This document shows, piece after piece, positions 29,060 to 38,054 of a DNA stretch of 61,781 bases (position 1 is the first letter of the stretch; every line of letters starts with the position of its first letter). Made by a program: the position numbers and the translations under genes. Source of the stretch: a virus (lineage: Duplodnaviria > Caudoviricetes); the IMG/VR virus record IMGVR_UViG_3300028374_000014, positions 1 to 61,781 of that record; one strand, written 5' to 3'. The notes under the pieces were generated by a model. It did no database searches and was not told the origin of the DNA. It saw only the letters and a program-made list of their open reading frames with translations.

Positions 29060-29285
29060 TTTTCAATCCATTTTTTTGTCGACGATATGCAGCATTCGCT
29101 CGTTTTCTTCGTTTTTTGTCCGAAGGTTTTTCAAAGAATCGTTTCTCTTTCACGATTTCATGAATCCCTTCATCTTCTACTTGTTGCATCAATTTGCGAT
29201 ACGCTTTAGATAAATCTGTGTTTTTGTCTAAATGTACCACGATTCCTTCCCACTCTTTGTTTCTTCGGAATCTACTCATTTGCAT
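29049..29285 (-). CDS. rpsU: Phage-encoded ribosomal protein bS21 homolog
   Basis: Small and basic; DLSKAYRKL...EGI..EIVKEKRFFEKPSDKKRRKRANAAYRR matches the bS21 [FY]EKPS-x-x-RR signature. The start may be MSRF at 29279. Confidence 0.85.
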   Translation of the reverse strand: MQMSRFRRNKEWEGIVVHLDKNTDLSKAYRKLMQQVEDEGIHEIVKEKRFFEKPSDKKRRKRANAAYRRQKNGLKNGR

Positions 29286-30003
29286 TCTCCTGTGTCCCGG
29301 TATTTTTTATTGCTTTCTTTTCCCATTTTTTTTCACCCATTTGTAAAAATCGATTCATTTTCCTTGGTGACCAAATTCCTTTGTTGCCAGCCAACTGTTT
29401 AATAATATTGATATCCAAACCTTCACCTTGTGTTGCAGCCGATGTTTGAGCGGACATGAGACCAGAAGCCTCATTTAATGTCATACCTTTCTTCGGTGCT
29501 ACCATACCGATGTTGTCGTCATCTGGAGGCAATTGAACATTTTGCAAAGTGCTCCAATCCGGTTGATTTTGTTGTACTATTTGTTGTTGGGGAACTGTCT
29601 GTTGTTTCTGTTGTTGCTGGGTTGGGACTTGTTCCGGCGCAGTTCGAGCAAATTTACTAGCCATACCGTTGGCACGTTGACTAAGATGCTGATCTAATTC
29701 AGAATTATTTCGAATTTCTTGAATATGTTGTTTCAATTTTTGATCTGACTGCTGAACGCGCTGCTGCTGAGGTTGTGCTGTGTATTGTTGTGGTTGTTGC
29801 ATCATTGGTGCAGTTGTTTTAGCAATGCCTTTTGCTACCTCAGTGATAACGTGACTAATTACACCACCTCGAAGAACAGATTCCTGAATTTTATCTTGAA
29901 GGTATGATTCCTCCAAAATAAGTTCTTCTATCGTTTCTTCTACCATCTCCCGAACAATCGGTTTTATGATTCTTCTTAAATCTGACCGCTTTAATGTAGT
30001 CAT
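29272..30003 (-). CDS. Gln-rich hypothetical protein, putative prohead core component
   Basis: MTTLKRSDLRRIIKPIVRE...; several [ILV]-x-E sites; directly downstream of the protease. Confidence 0.7.
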   Translation of the reverse strand: MTTLKRSDLRRIIKPIVREMVEETIEELILEESYLQDKIQESVLRGGVISHVITEVAKGIAKTTAPMMQQPQQYTAQPQQQRVQQSDQKLKQHIQEIRNNSELDQHLSQRANGMASKFARTAPEQVPTQQQQKQQTVPQQQIVQQNQPDWSTLQNVQLPPDDDNIGMVAPKKGMTLNEASGLMSAQTSAATQGEGLDINIIKQLAGNKGIWSPRKMNRFLQMGEKKWEKKAIKNTGTQENANE

Positions 30004-30004
30004 A

Positions 30005-30604
30005 TTATACTCCTAGTATATCATTCAAAATTCTGTTGACCTTGTAATTTTTAGTCCATATTCTCGGATCTCGATTCTCCCTCAATGTAACACGTTCCAT
30101 GAACGCGCCTTGAGTCGATGGATCCGAAACAAAATCAAAACATATAAGTTGAAAATCATCTTCTACCAAAACATTGCCGCCTTGATCTCTAGTTGAACCC
30201 AAACCACGGGACGAAATACCAATTTTAATATCCGCCTCAAAAAGCTTTCTTAATGTTTCTCCAGCAGGAGTTTCAAGTATCTCTACTTTTCCTTTAACAT
30301 CTTTACCTTCCATCCAAATATCAGTGATTACGTGTGAAACATTTTTCAATGATATAACAGATTCATCAGCGTGGTCCAACTCACCAAGGGCGCGGCGTTC
30401 TTTTACAAGTTGTTTGTAATTCTCTATTTCTCTTTGCAAGATGGCATACGGGTATACACGACCATTGCCGTTCTGAGCGTCTGCCCGTTGCAGCACACCA
30501 GCAACAATATATTTGTTTCGGTCGCCAAGCTCTTGTCGCTCCTTGAGAATTTCTAAATCATTCTCAAAGACCATACATTCTCTTAATCCGTACTTTTCTT
30601 TCAT
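30005..30604 (-). CDS. Prohead core protease (T4 gp21-like)
   Basis: N-x-NGRVYP, ALGELDH, VSH, TP-x-G, GISSRGLGS, DFVSDPST. Confidence 0.95.
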   Translation of the reverse strand: MKEKYGLRECMVFENDLEILKERQELGDRNKYIVAGVLQRADAQNGNGRVYPYAILQREIENYKQLVKERRALGELDHADESVISLKNVSHVITDIWMEGKDVKGKVEILETPAGETLRKLFEADIKIGISSRGLGSTRDQGGNVLVEDDFQLICFDFVSDPSTQGAFMERVTLRENRDPRIWTKNYKVNRILNDILGV

Positions 30605-30622
30605 GCTTTAATTCCTTCCAAT

Positions 30623-30631
30623 TATAAGTAG
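30623..30631 (-). promoter_or_regulatory. Putative late promoter CTACTTATA
   Basis: Identical to the motif at 8166; 18 nt before the protease ATG, with an AAGGA RBS between. Confidence 0.55.
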
Positions 30632-30667
30632 AGCCGCGAAATGCTGAATTCTCTAAATAAAATAAAA

Positions 30668-30693
30668 GGCAGTTTTGAGTCATGCCAAGGACT
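30668..30693 (-). other. Candidate compact H-type pseudoknot AGTC-CTT-GGCA-T-GACT-CAAAAC-TGCC followed by a U-rich tract
   Basis: Two interleaved 4-bp stems (AGTC/GACT and GGCA/TGCC) spanning the stop codon of the 22-aa ORF. Confidence 0.4.
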
Positions 30694-30748
30694 TTAGTAT
30701 GCAGCCGTTTTTGCAACGACGCACTGGTTGGATCATCCACCGTGCCAT
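30680..30748 (-). CDS. Small ORF MARWMIQPVRRCKNGCILKSLA (22 aa)
   Basis: Not in the track. Preceded by a near-perfect Shine-Dalgarno, AAGGAGGTGA, at canonical spacing. Confidence 0.65.
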   Translation of the reverse strand: MARWMIQPVRRCKNGCILKSLA

Positions 30749-30783
30749 TATATCACCTCCTTTTGGTGTTTAATTGCCCAACA

Positions 30784-31062
30784 CTAACTATAGGTGTGAT
30801 CGACCCTCATTCCATTATCTCCAAAAAGCTTATCTAAAACGTATGTGGTGCCGGAGCTAATAAATCCAAAAAACAAAGAGTGTATCAATCCAGCCCACGG
30901 AGACGTGAAAAACAACGAAACAAGAACTCCGGCCCAAAATCCCATGCACATGCTACACTTGAATAAATACCAATCAGGACGGATACTGTCAAATATTTTA
31001 CCATATAATAGCATATTGGTTAACCCATAACAAACTAAAATGAACAAGATTAAATCAATCAT
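30784..31062 (-). CDS. Small membrane protein with CxxC (DUF1360-like)
   Basis: Hydrophobic helices and LFKCSMCMGFWAG. Confidence 0.7.
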   Translation of the reverse strand: MIDLILFILVCYGLTNMLLYGKIFDSIRPDWYLFKCSMCMGFWAGVLVSLFFTSPWAGLIHSLFFGFISSGTTYVLDKLFGDNGMRVDHTYS

Positions 31063-31904
31063 CCAACCTCTCCGAATGCAATATCGAACAATTTAATGTT
31101 ATAATCTTCATCGCAGCCGACATTGGGAGAGTAGAAGTCTCTTTGATCAAGTTGTTCTTCGACAAAAGCGTTTCTTAATCTAAAAAAGTTAGGATCGGGG
31201 TTATTGTAATATTCATACAGCTTTTCGATAGATTCTTTATTATCTTGTTGGTGTTCGTCGCCCAGTGATACCCGGTAGTGATCATAATTCAATGATCTCA
31301 AAAGCTCTTGCATCATCCTAGCCAAAGTTTTTGACTTTGTATCTGTTGTGATATGTTGTTGTTTCAGTTTATAGAATTCCAACATTTTTCGTACTATTTC
31401 TAGGCCGTGGTGACTAAAATGACCTTTTCTACCGCTTATACCTTCTACAACTGATGTTAATTTGGGGAACATTTTCTCCATTGTCTTTGATGGTTCATCT
31501 GACAGTGGGATAACCTCTTCCACTACAAACCACAAATAATCTTTTGTATCGTATTCCATTACTTTAGGAAAAATACCGTATTTATCCCTATTGAAGATTT
31601 CAATTTCTATTTTATTCTGTTTTCTTGGACTTTGCGATAATTCATCAGGTCTATCATTAATATACAAAACCATCTTTAAAATTTCACGTTCTCGGGTCCA
31701 ATATATCTTTCTAAAAGATCCCTCTTTTCCCGGGATAAGTTCACTTTTTTTCGTGTCCATGTACTGATGAAGTATTTTCAGACGCTTCAAAGGATTGCTA
31801 AATTTCTCTGTTTTTCTCGATAGTCTGATAAAATCACGTAATTCCGAAGAATATACGTCTTCTGTCAAGAATCTTCTCCAACTTTCAAACAACAATTTCA
31901 TCAA
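31059..31904 (-). CDS. Protein kinase-like protein with the shared ESWR leader (paralog of 16131..17030)
   Basis: MMKLLFESWRRFLTE; KEGSFRKIY, ILKM, N-x-x-E, YD-x-x-DYLWF-x-VE, DFYSPNVG, IKLFDIAFG. Confidence 0.7.
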   Translation of the reverse strand: MMKLLFESWRRFLTEDVYSSELRDFIRLSRKTEKFSNPLKRLKILHQYMDTKKSELIPGKEGSFRKIYWTREREILKMVLYINDRPDELSQSPRKQNKIEIEIFNRDKYGIFPKVMEYDTKDYLWFVVEEVIPLSDEPSKTMEKMFPKLTSVVEGISGRKGHFSHHGLEIVRKMLEFYKLKQQHITTDTKSKTLARMMQELLRSLNYDHYRVSLGDEHQQDNKESIEKLYEYYNNPDPNFFRLRNAFVEEQLDQRDFYSPNVGCDEDYNIKLFDIAFGEVG

Positions 31905-32125
31905 TCGTAATCCCCGTCTACAGCGAATGGGTCATAGTTCCACATTATATCATCTTTTTTCTCTGCGAATTTCCAATTTGGTTCATCGCGGGAAGAAGAC
32001 CATATTTTAGTAGCAACTTCCACCTCGTGTTCATCGCCAATAAGTGAACGTATCTCTTCAAGATGCTCAGTTGCCTCATCGATTGTAATCATCTCTTTAT
32101 CTAATGCCAAACATATGATACACAT
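31901..32125 (-). CDS. Hypothetical protein (N-terminal CxxC)
   Basis: 74 aa, MCIIC...; tightly packed with neighbours. Confidence 0.65.
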   Translation of the reverse strand: MCIICLALDKEMITIDEATEHLEEIRSLIGDEHEVEVATKIWSSSRDEPNWKFAEKKDDIMWNYDPFAVDGDYD

Positions 32126-32126
32126 T

Positions 32127-32393
32127 CTATAATCCCGTTAATTCCATGTTGTTAAGTGTTGACTTCAACCTGACCACGCTGTAGTTATCTAGATTAACAT
32201 GTTTTTGAGTATATCCAGCCGATAATTCTTCTTTGCGGTTCGGCGAAACTGTTCTCATGTAATCTATTCGCACAACAGCTTGACCAAGCTTTTCTGCTTT
32301 ATAACACCAAAATCTTGCTTTGTCTGTGACAAAATATATTCTATTAGATAGTAACCCTTGCGAATTGTATAAGCAGTGCCTTTCCTTATTCAT
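32127..32393 (-). CDS. Hypothetical protein
   Basis: 88 aa filling the gap; start overlaps the upstream gene's stop. Confidence 0.55.
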   Translation of the reverse strand: MNKERHCLYNSQGLLSNRIYFVTDKARFWCYKAEKLGQAVVRIDYMRTVSPNRKEELSAGYTQKHVNLDNYSVVRLKSTLNNMELTGL

Positions 32394-33001
32394 TTTTTAC
32401 TCTTTTTATAGTGTTCCAAAAATAGTTGTTTCACTTCTTTTTTCATATTCTCTTCATAAACCCGATAATTTGCTCCAGATGGGAAATCATTTGGATAAAT
32501 CGTTCCTTTCTGTGTCGCATGAGGAACGTCACCCAAATCAGTAGTATATTCGTCTTCTGGTTCTGCATATTTCCCTATTTCCACTTCTTCCTGAGCTTGA
32601 CGGAAGATCATGAATGGGCGCTCCTCTTCAATAAATTTGCCAACAGAAAACACGGCAACTTGTGTCGCATTAGGTTGTTCATCATTATCATAGTATGTGC
32701 CTTCCATCGTTCCATATAAACTGCCACCTTCGATTGTTGCAGGGTCAACTACGCCGGCCTTTGTTAAGTGTTGAAATAACCGGTTTTGTGCATCATACAC
32801 CATATCAGTGTTTGTTGCATCAGGCTTAGTTATTGTAGTAATCTTATTTTCCGAAGGTTGCACAACAATATCGATATCAATATGATCAAAAATCATATAA
32901 TCACCTTTCAAATTGCGGCGTACCTGCAAGCTTATGCTCGACTGAGCAGCAGTTGATTGCGATTTCGATTCGGGGTCTCTAATTGTAACTTTAACCGTCA
33001 C
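32390..33001 (-). CDS. Hypothetical protein (head module)
   Basis: 203 aa, coupled to the upstream gene. Confidence 0.7.
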   Translation of the reverse strand: MTVKVTIRDPESKSQSTAAQSSISLQVRRNLKGDYMIFDHIDIDIVVQPSENKITTITKPDATNTDMVYDAQNRLFQHLTKAGVVDPATIEGGSLYGTMEGTYYDNDEQPNATQVAVFSVGKFIEEERPFMIFRQAQEEVEIGKYAEPEDEYTTDLGDVPHATQKGTIYPNDFPSGANYRVYEENMKKEVKQLFLEHYKKSKK

Positions 33002-33839
33002 CTTTTTCTTCCTCTTTATTCATTTCTTCCAAAAGTTGCTGAATTCTCAAAATCTGCGGTATCATCGTCTCCTCTTTTACCGGTAGTTTCGAATAACTAT
33101 CTAATAATTTACCAACTTTGTCAATTTTTTCATTAATTTCCAAATCACAAACGGAATTTGGTCCATCACATGTCATTTTGAGTTCATTCTTCAATCCCTT
33201 GATCTCCTCATTTAAAAATGTTTTAAAAGATACACCAGAATCACTAATGGAAAATATGTATTTTCTAATTGTATGTTTTTGCCTTTCGTTTAACACTTCT
33301 CCGTACATTTCGTTAAATTTCTTAACATAAATGTTATAGGTAATTGAATCAATAGGTTCTACAGTCGCAGAAGCCCGTTGTGCCTCAGAAATTAATCTCG
33401 ATGAAATCTGGGATTCCAACAAAACCTTATCCTTTGTCGGCATGTCATCAGCGTTAAAATAATGATATAGCGTCCCCAAAAAGCGGTATTCAGGTACGAA
33501 ATTCTCCCAAATATCATCTCTCAGTTTTGAATTAATCTTATTGATGAGTTTTGTTTGCTCATTGAACAACTTCTTTGCATCAATTTTGTCACGACGGCGC
33601 GATACCTCACTAATCATTCGATCAACAATCTTGGAATCCAAGTCTTTATGCGTATATAAATCTCGATAACATAAATAATCCTTCGCCATTTGTGACTTCG
33701 GATCAAAATTGTGCGTCAACACTTCCATAACAATGGATTTGTACTTGTTATCCTTGCTATAGACAGTCTTTGCCACTTCTTTGATCAGTATTTCATAAAG
33801 AAAAGCGGTATTTCTTTTCTTATTGTGCTTAATATTCAT
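32991..33839 (-). CDS. Hypothetical protein downstream of portal; putative prohead component
   Basis: 282 aa, KHNKKRNTAFLYE start; TAATG coupling to the portal gene. Confidence 0.75.
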   Translation of the reverse strand: MNIKHNKKRNTAFLYEILIKEVAKTVYSKDNKYKSIVMEVLTHNFDPKSQMAKDYLCYRDLYTHKDLDSKIVDRMISEVSRRRDKIDAKKLFNEQTKLINKINSKLRDDIWENFVPEYRFLGTLYHYFNADDMPTKDKVLLESQISSRLISEAQRASATVEPIDSITYNIYVKKFNEMYGEVLNERQKHTIRKYIFSISDSGVSFKTFLNEEIKGLKNELKMTCDGPNSVCDLEINEKIDKVGKLLDSYSKLPVKEETMIPQILRIQQLLEEMNKEEEKGDG

Positions 33840-35785
33840 TACTCATCCTCTATAGTTATAATTTCGGTTGGCTTGTCGTCTTCTTGTTTTTTAACAAAAT
33901 TACGAATCTCAGTAACCATACTTTTAACTTCATTTGATTTTCTATCTTGTTGTTCCATAACAACAGGAGGTTTGTTTCCTTGAGCTAATTCGAATAAGCC
34001 GTTTAGCCCGGGCATGCCAGCACGAACGTTTCTGCGTGTATCACGAGTCTTCTCGTGGCCCCATTTTGCTTTATTTGAGCGTTTGCGAGCACCCATATCT
34101 CTGCGGTCGTCTTTCACCTTGCGGTATTTTTTACCTTTAGCTCCGGGGGTTGTATACTCGTCACGTTTGCCGGGTGTCGCTAATAGATCATTATCTTCTA
34201 TGTCTGAATCACCTTCGTCTCCGAAATCATCTCCGAAACCGCCCATGTCGTCTCCCATTCCCATGTCGTCTTCCATTCCTCCGATGTCGCCCATATCATC
34301 ATCTAGGCCGCCCATACCGCCGAATCCTGCCTCGCCTGCTGCGGCGATTTGTTCAAGTTCTGATTCATATTTCAGATCATGCTTCTTTTCACGCTTCATG
34401 CGGACAATATCTTCATGCGGCAATTGGAAAACCTTTTCCATTGTGTAACGATGACTAAATCCAACTTCTTGCATCGCCTGCGCAGCGTCTACTTTTGTGC
34501 GAACAGTTTCAAGTTCTTGCAATTCAGCAATTTTCGACGGATTGTTCAATGATAAAGAAAACGACAGTGCATCTTCTTCAGGATAACCTAACAAAATCAA
34601 ATGGATAACACCGATTTTCTCCAATTCAGAAACAACTGGTTTTTGAAGGCGCAAAACTGTTCGAGCGAATCGAATATCTTTCTGTGATAGTGTTTCTTTG
34701 TCTTCAGATGATGAGTCATCCCGAATAAGATAGGATTGTGGAATTTTTAGTGCTGCAATAAGTTTTGCTTGAAGATATTTAATGTCATCAATATCGCCTG
34801 TGTATTGTCCACCTTTGAGTGTTTCAATTCTTGTGCCGGTCTCGCCACGAACAGGAATAAAGTAATCTTCATCAACTGACAACGGATTATATCTCAAATC
34901 AACGCGACCAGTGTCTTCATCAACAATTTGGTGACGCTTCATGTTAGTAATGATTTCTTCCATGTACTGTTCCACTTGTTGTGGGGGAACGGCACCAACA
35001 TCGATATAGAATACTCGACGTTCAGGTGATCGAACGATACGATACGCCATGACTGAATCTTCCAGCAAAATTAACTGTCGCCAAATACGACGTGCTGGTT
35101 CGAAGAAGCTAGTTCCATATGGTGCATATTTATCGTGACCAAGAATTCGGAAGTGAAGAATTTGCCAATTTTCGAATGTCATACCAGCGGAGTTCCACTG
35201 GAATTGTACATACATTGGATTTGTTTCGTCTTCTCCTTCCATTCTTTCAATTTCTTCCGGTGGAACTGGCAAGATTGTACTAACACCGTAATCAGGATCG
35301 ATATCGGCATACAAAAAGAAGTCGCCATATTTGCACATTGAGCGGACCCAATAATACAAGTTATGTTCAACATTCAAAACGTTATAATAGAGATTTTCTA
35401 AGATAACCTTCAACTCTTCATTTTGGCAATCGACCCTTACCAGTGGTGACAACGGTGAACTTGTTGTCATTTCATCAGAAACAATGTCAAGCGCTGAGGC
35501 CATAATCGGCTCGTATTCCATTTGATCGAATTCCCTATATCGCTCTGCACGGTTCTGGTTGGCCATACGTTGCGTTTGTAGGTTTTGGAAGGGGTTGTAC
35601 CCGCGTTTCTTGAAGTGTTGCCCTGAGAGCGACTTGAAGCGGTTTGAGAACACGTTCATGTGTGTTCTGCGGAGCTTGTGGTATGTTTGTGTCCGTCTAT
35701 TCGTCAGCGGACCACTGAACATACGAGTTAATCGCTTGAACAGGGTTGTCTCATGATTCTTGGGATTGCGTTTTTGATCTGCCAT
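33839..35785 (-). CDS. Portal vertex protein (T4 gp20-like)
   Basis: KYGDFF, HFR, YG-x-S, LEDSVMAYRIVRSPERRVFYIDVG, EDYFIPVRG, IETL-x-GG, DIRFART. Confidence 0.95.
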   Translation of the reverse strand: MADQKRNPKNHETTLFKRLTRMFSGPLTNRRTQTYHKLRRTHMNVFSNRFKSLSGQHFKKRGYNPFQNLQTQRMANQNRAERYREFDQMEYEPIMASALDIVSDEMTTSSPLSPLVRVDCQNEELKVILENLYYNVLNVEHNLYYWVRSMCKYGDFFLYADIDPDYGVSTILPVPPEEIERMEGEDETNPMYVQFQWNSAGMTFENWQILHFRILGHDKYAPYGTSFFEPARRIWRQLILLEDSVMAYRIVRSPERRVFYIDVGAVPPQQVEQYMEEIITNMKRHQIVDEDTGRVDLRYNPLSVDEDYFIPVRGETGTRIETLKGGQYTGDIDDIKYLQAKLIAALKIPQSYLIRDDSSSEDKETLSQKDIRFARTVLRLQKPVVSELEKIGVIHLILLGYPEEDALSFSLSLNNPSKIAELQELETVRTKVDAAQAMQEVGFSHRYTMEKVFQLPHEDIVRMKREKKHDLKYESELEQIAAAGEAGFGGMGGLDDDMGDIGGMEDDMGMGDDMGGFGDDFGDEGDSDIEDNDLLATPGKRDEYTTPGAKGKKYRKVKDDRRDMGARKRSNKAKWGHEKTRDTRRNVRAGMPGLNGLFELAQGNKPPVVMEQQDRKSNEVKSMVTEIRNFVKKQEDDKPTEIITIEDE

Positions 35786-35828
35786 ATGTAAACCTTCTTA
35801 TAGTGGTTTTCCTAATAAAATTTTCATC

Positions 35829-36395
35829 TTAGAACATTCTATCCGTGTTGATTATTGGAGCACCGTCCTTATTATGAATTAACCTACCGTTGACATAATA
35901 AAAAGCTTGGTAGTATTCTTCGTCAGTTTTTGGTCGCCTTTGTTTTATAAATTGTGCAGGTCCGAGATATCTAGTTGTTTCATTTCTTCTAAGGAATGTG
36001 CATTTTAGGCCATGCGGTTTTTTGTCATCATACCTGATATATTTAAATCGAAGTTCGGGCATGCCGAATGTTCGGTCCATGGAAAAAGGATATATTATTT
36101 CATAATCTGATAATATCTGTATGTATTCCTTTGGAAGATTTTCTTCTGGGATTGGCTCGATGTCATACCATCCACCATCATATACAAATCCTTCATCGTT
36201 GGTGGTAACAAAGCCATCCAACTCTGGGCCTACCATACATGTTGTTATAACCGGGTGGGGCGCGGTGTCAGAATCTTTTACCAGTGCCAATACCAGACCA
36301 GCGTATTTTTTCCTTAAAAGCTTATTATAATGATCCAAAAAGCCGTTGTTGGATTCACTAATAACTTTTCTCCAACTTTCGAACAGTTTCTTCAT
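35829..36395 (-). CDS. Accessory protein with the shared ESWR leader
   Basis: MKKLFESWRKVISE; inserted between terminase and portal. Confidence 0.7.
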   Translation of the reverse strand: MKKLFESWRKVISESNNGFLDHYNKLLRKKYAGLVLALVKDSDTAPHPVITTCMVGPELDGFVTTNDEGFVYDGGWYDIEPIPEENLPKEYIQILSDYEIIYPFSMDRTFGMPELRFKYIRYDDKKPHGLKCTFLRRNETTRYLGPAQFIKQRRPKTDEEYYQAFYYVNGRLIHNKDGAPIINTDRMF

Positions 36396-38020
36396 CCTTT
36401 TAACAACCCCGCGTATTTTCTATATAACCTTGCTTGGTCAGCAATATCGTTCTTTTTGTTTCTGCCAAGAAAGGGCCCCATAACAAAACCGCTTTTTACT
36501 GTTGAAAAATCGGCTGTTCTTGACCGCCTAGATATGGCGTTTAATGTTGCAATTGTGTATTCTTGTTCACGAGTATCAGCTTCCAACACTGTATCTCGAA
36601 TCCAGCAAGCAAGAGCGAAAGACATAATTAAGTCATCGTTGCGACCGCTCATGGCTTGTGTTTTACCACTAGTCCAAATAAACGTTCGCATTTCGTCCAA
36701 AAGCCTACGAGAATAAATCGTGATTGTTTTGTTTCGGATGAATTCTTCCATCTTTCCGATAATTTGTGGTTTCGTTTTGCCTGATGTGGCAAAGCCCTTG
36801 GCAACACCGTTGGTTACTTGTGCCAAATTGGGTTCTACATATTCATGAGTTGATTTCTTCTCATAATATATATTAGGATACTCCATATTTTCCAATTCGG
36901 TAAGGACTGAATACCCAAGCATATTAGATTCTACCACAATCATCGCTGTGCCCCACTCTTTACCAGCATCATTTAACATCTTTGCAAAGAAGTCATATTC
37001 TGGCTGACCGCGATATTCTGCAACAACATGGTTAGTTGTAGCGTTAAGCACATGAAACGTGGAGTAATCGCGACCATCACCACGAGCAACGTCAGCCGTT
37101 ATTAGATAAGTACAATTTGGATTGTATTCTTGCCAGATCCAATAATTTCTATCGTAACCAGTTCGACGCAAAGGGTCACCATATAATTCACCAGTTATCT
37201 CATTATAGTCTTCCAAGAATTGGTGTATAAACTCCATATCTTCAGGGTCAACAACTGTCTCACCGGAAGCGTTAAAATTGCACAACAATTCTTGAGCTAC
37301 CTGTCGCCGGTCCATATTTTTTGTTTCATTTTCAAACCACTCATCATCACGATCAGGATGCTCATCCCACATAATTTTAGTAAGCTTGAAACCATTGTCG
37401 CCGGCTTCGGCTTCTGTGCACATTTTGTGGAAAAAGTTACCTACACCATTGGGAGTAGAGAGAATAGCACATGACCCACCTGTTGAAAGTGTTGGATACA
37501 TTGAAGTCCACAGTTCGTCGATTCCCTCAACGTGAGCAGCTTCGTCAACAATCAGCAAAGAAAGAGCTTCTGAACGACCTGACGTGCTCTGCGTTGATTC
37601 TGCTTTAATCCAAGAACCATTTTCAAATTCCAACACCGCACGGTTGTTCGTTGTTGGTTTAACAATCTGTAACCATTCTGGGATATTTTTGTACATCATC
37701 TGCACCTTTTTGACGAGGTTGGACGCTGTTGATACTTTCGTCGCTACACATAGAACTGTTTTATCTCGTCTAAACAAAATAAACCACAGCGCGTAGGCTG
37801 CGGTTACTGTTGATATACCTAACTGTCGTGCTTTCAATACAATGTTAAATCGGTCTGTTTCAAAGCTTCTTACCAAATCCTCTTGGAAGGCAAACATTGT
37901 GAAAGGAATTCTCCCCTTTTCAGGATGAGAAATCTTGCAGTAATTGTTAATAAAGTAATTCGGATCTTCGAAACACTTCTTAACCTCCTGTTTTATCTTT
38001 TGCGGTGGTATATATGACAT
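36392..38020 (-). CDS. Terminase large subunit (T4 gp17-like)
   Basis: KARQLG (Walker A), LIVDEAA (Walker B), STPNG, nuclease ADVARGDG-x-DYS, DDLIMS. Confidence 0.95.
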   Translation of the reverse strand: MSYIPPQKIKQEVKKCFEDPNYFINNYCKISHPEKGRIPFTMFAFQEDLVRSFETDRFNIVLKARQLGISTVTAAYALWFILFRRDKTVLCVATKVSTASNLVKKVQMMYKNIPEWLQIVKPTTNNRAVLEFENGSWIKAESTQSTSGRSEALSLLIVDEAAHVEGIDELWTSMYPTLSTGGSCAILSTPNGVGNFFHKMCTEAEAGDNGFKLTKIMWDEHPDRDDEWFENETKNMDRRQVAQELLCNFNASGETVVDPEDMEFIHQFLEDYNEITGELYGDPLRRTGYDRNYWIWQEYNPNCTYLITADVARGDGRDYSTFHVLNATTNHVVAEYRGQPEYDFFAKMLNDAGKEWGTAMIVVESNMLGYSVLTELENMEYPNIYYEKKSTHEYVEPNLAQVTNGVAKGFATSGKTKPQIIGKMEEFIRNKTITIYSRRLLDEMRTFIWTSGKTQAMSGRNDDLIMSFALACWIRDTVLEADTREQEYTIATLNAISRRSRTADFSTVKSGFVMGPFLGRNKKNDIADQARLYRKYAGLLKG

Positions 38021-38023
38021 AAA

Positions 38024-38054
38024 AAATCCTCTAGCTGTTATAACTAGAGGATTT
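38024..38054 (-). promoter_or_regulatory. 11-bp hairpin holding the late-promoter-like CTAGTTATA and covering the terminase RBS; followed by a T-run (possible terminator)
   Basis: AAATCCTCTAG-TTATAACAG-CTAGAGGATTT-TTT-ATG. Confidence 0.65.
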
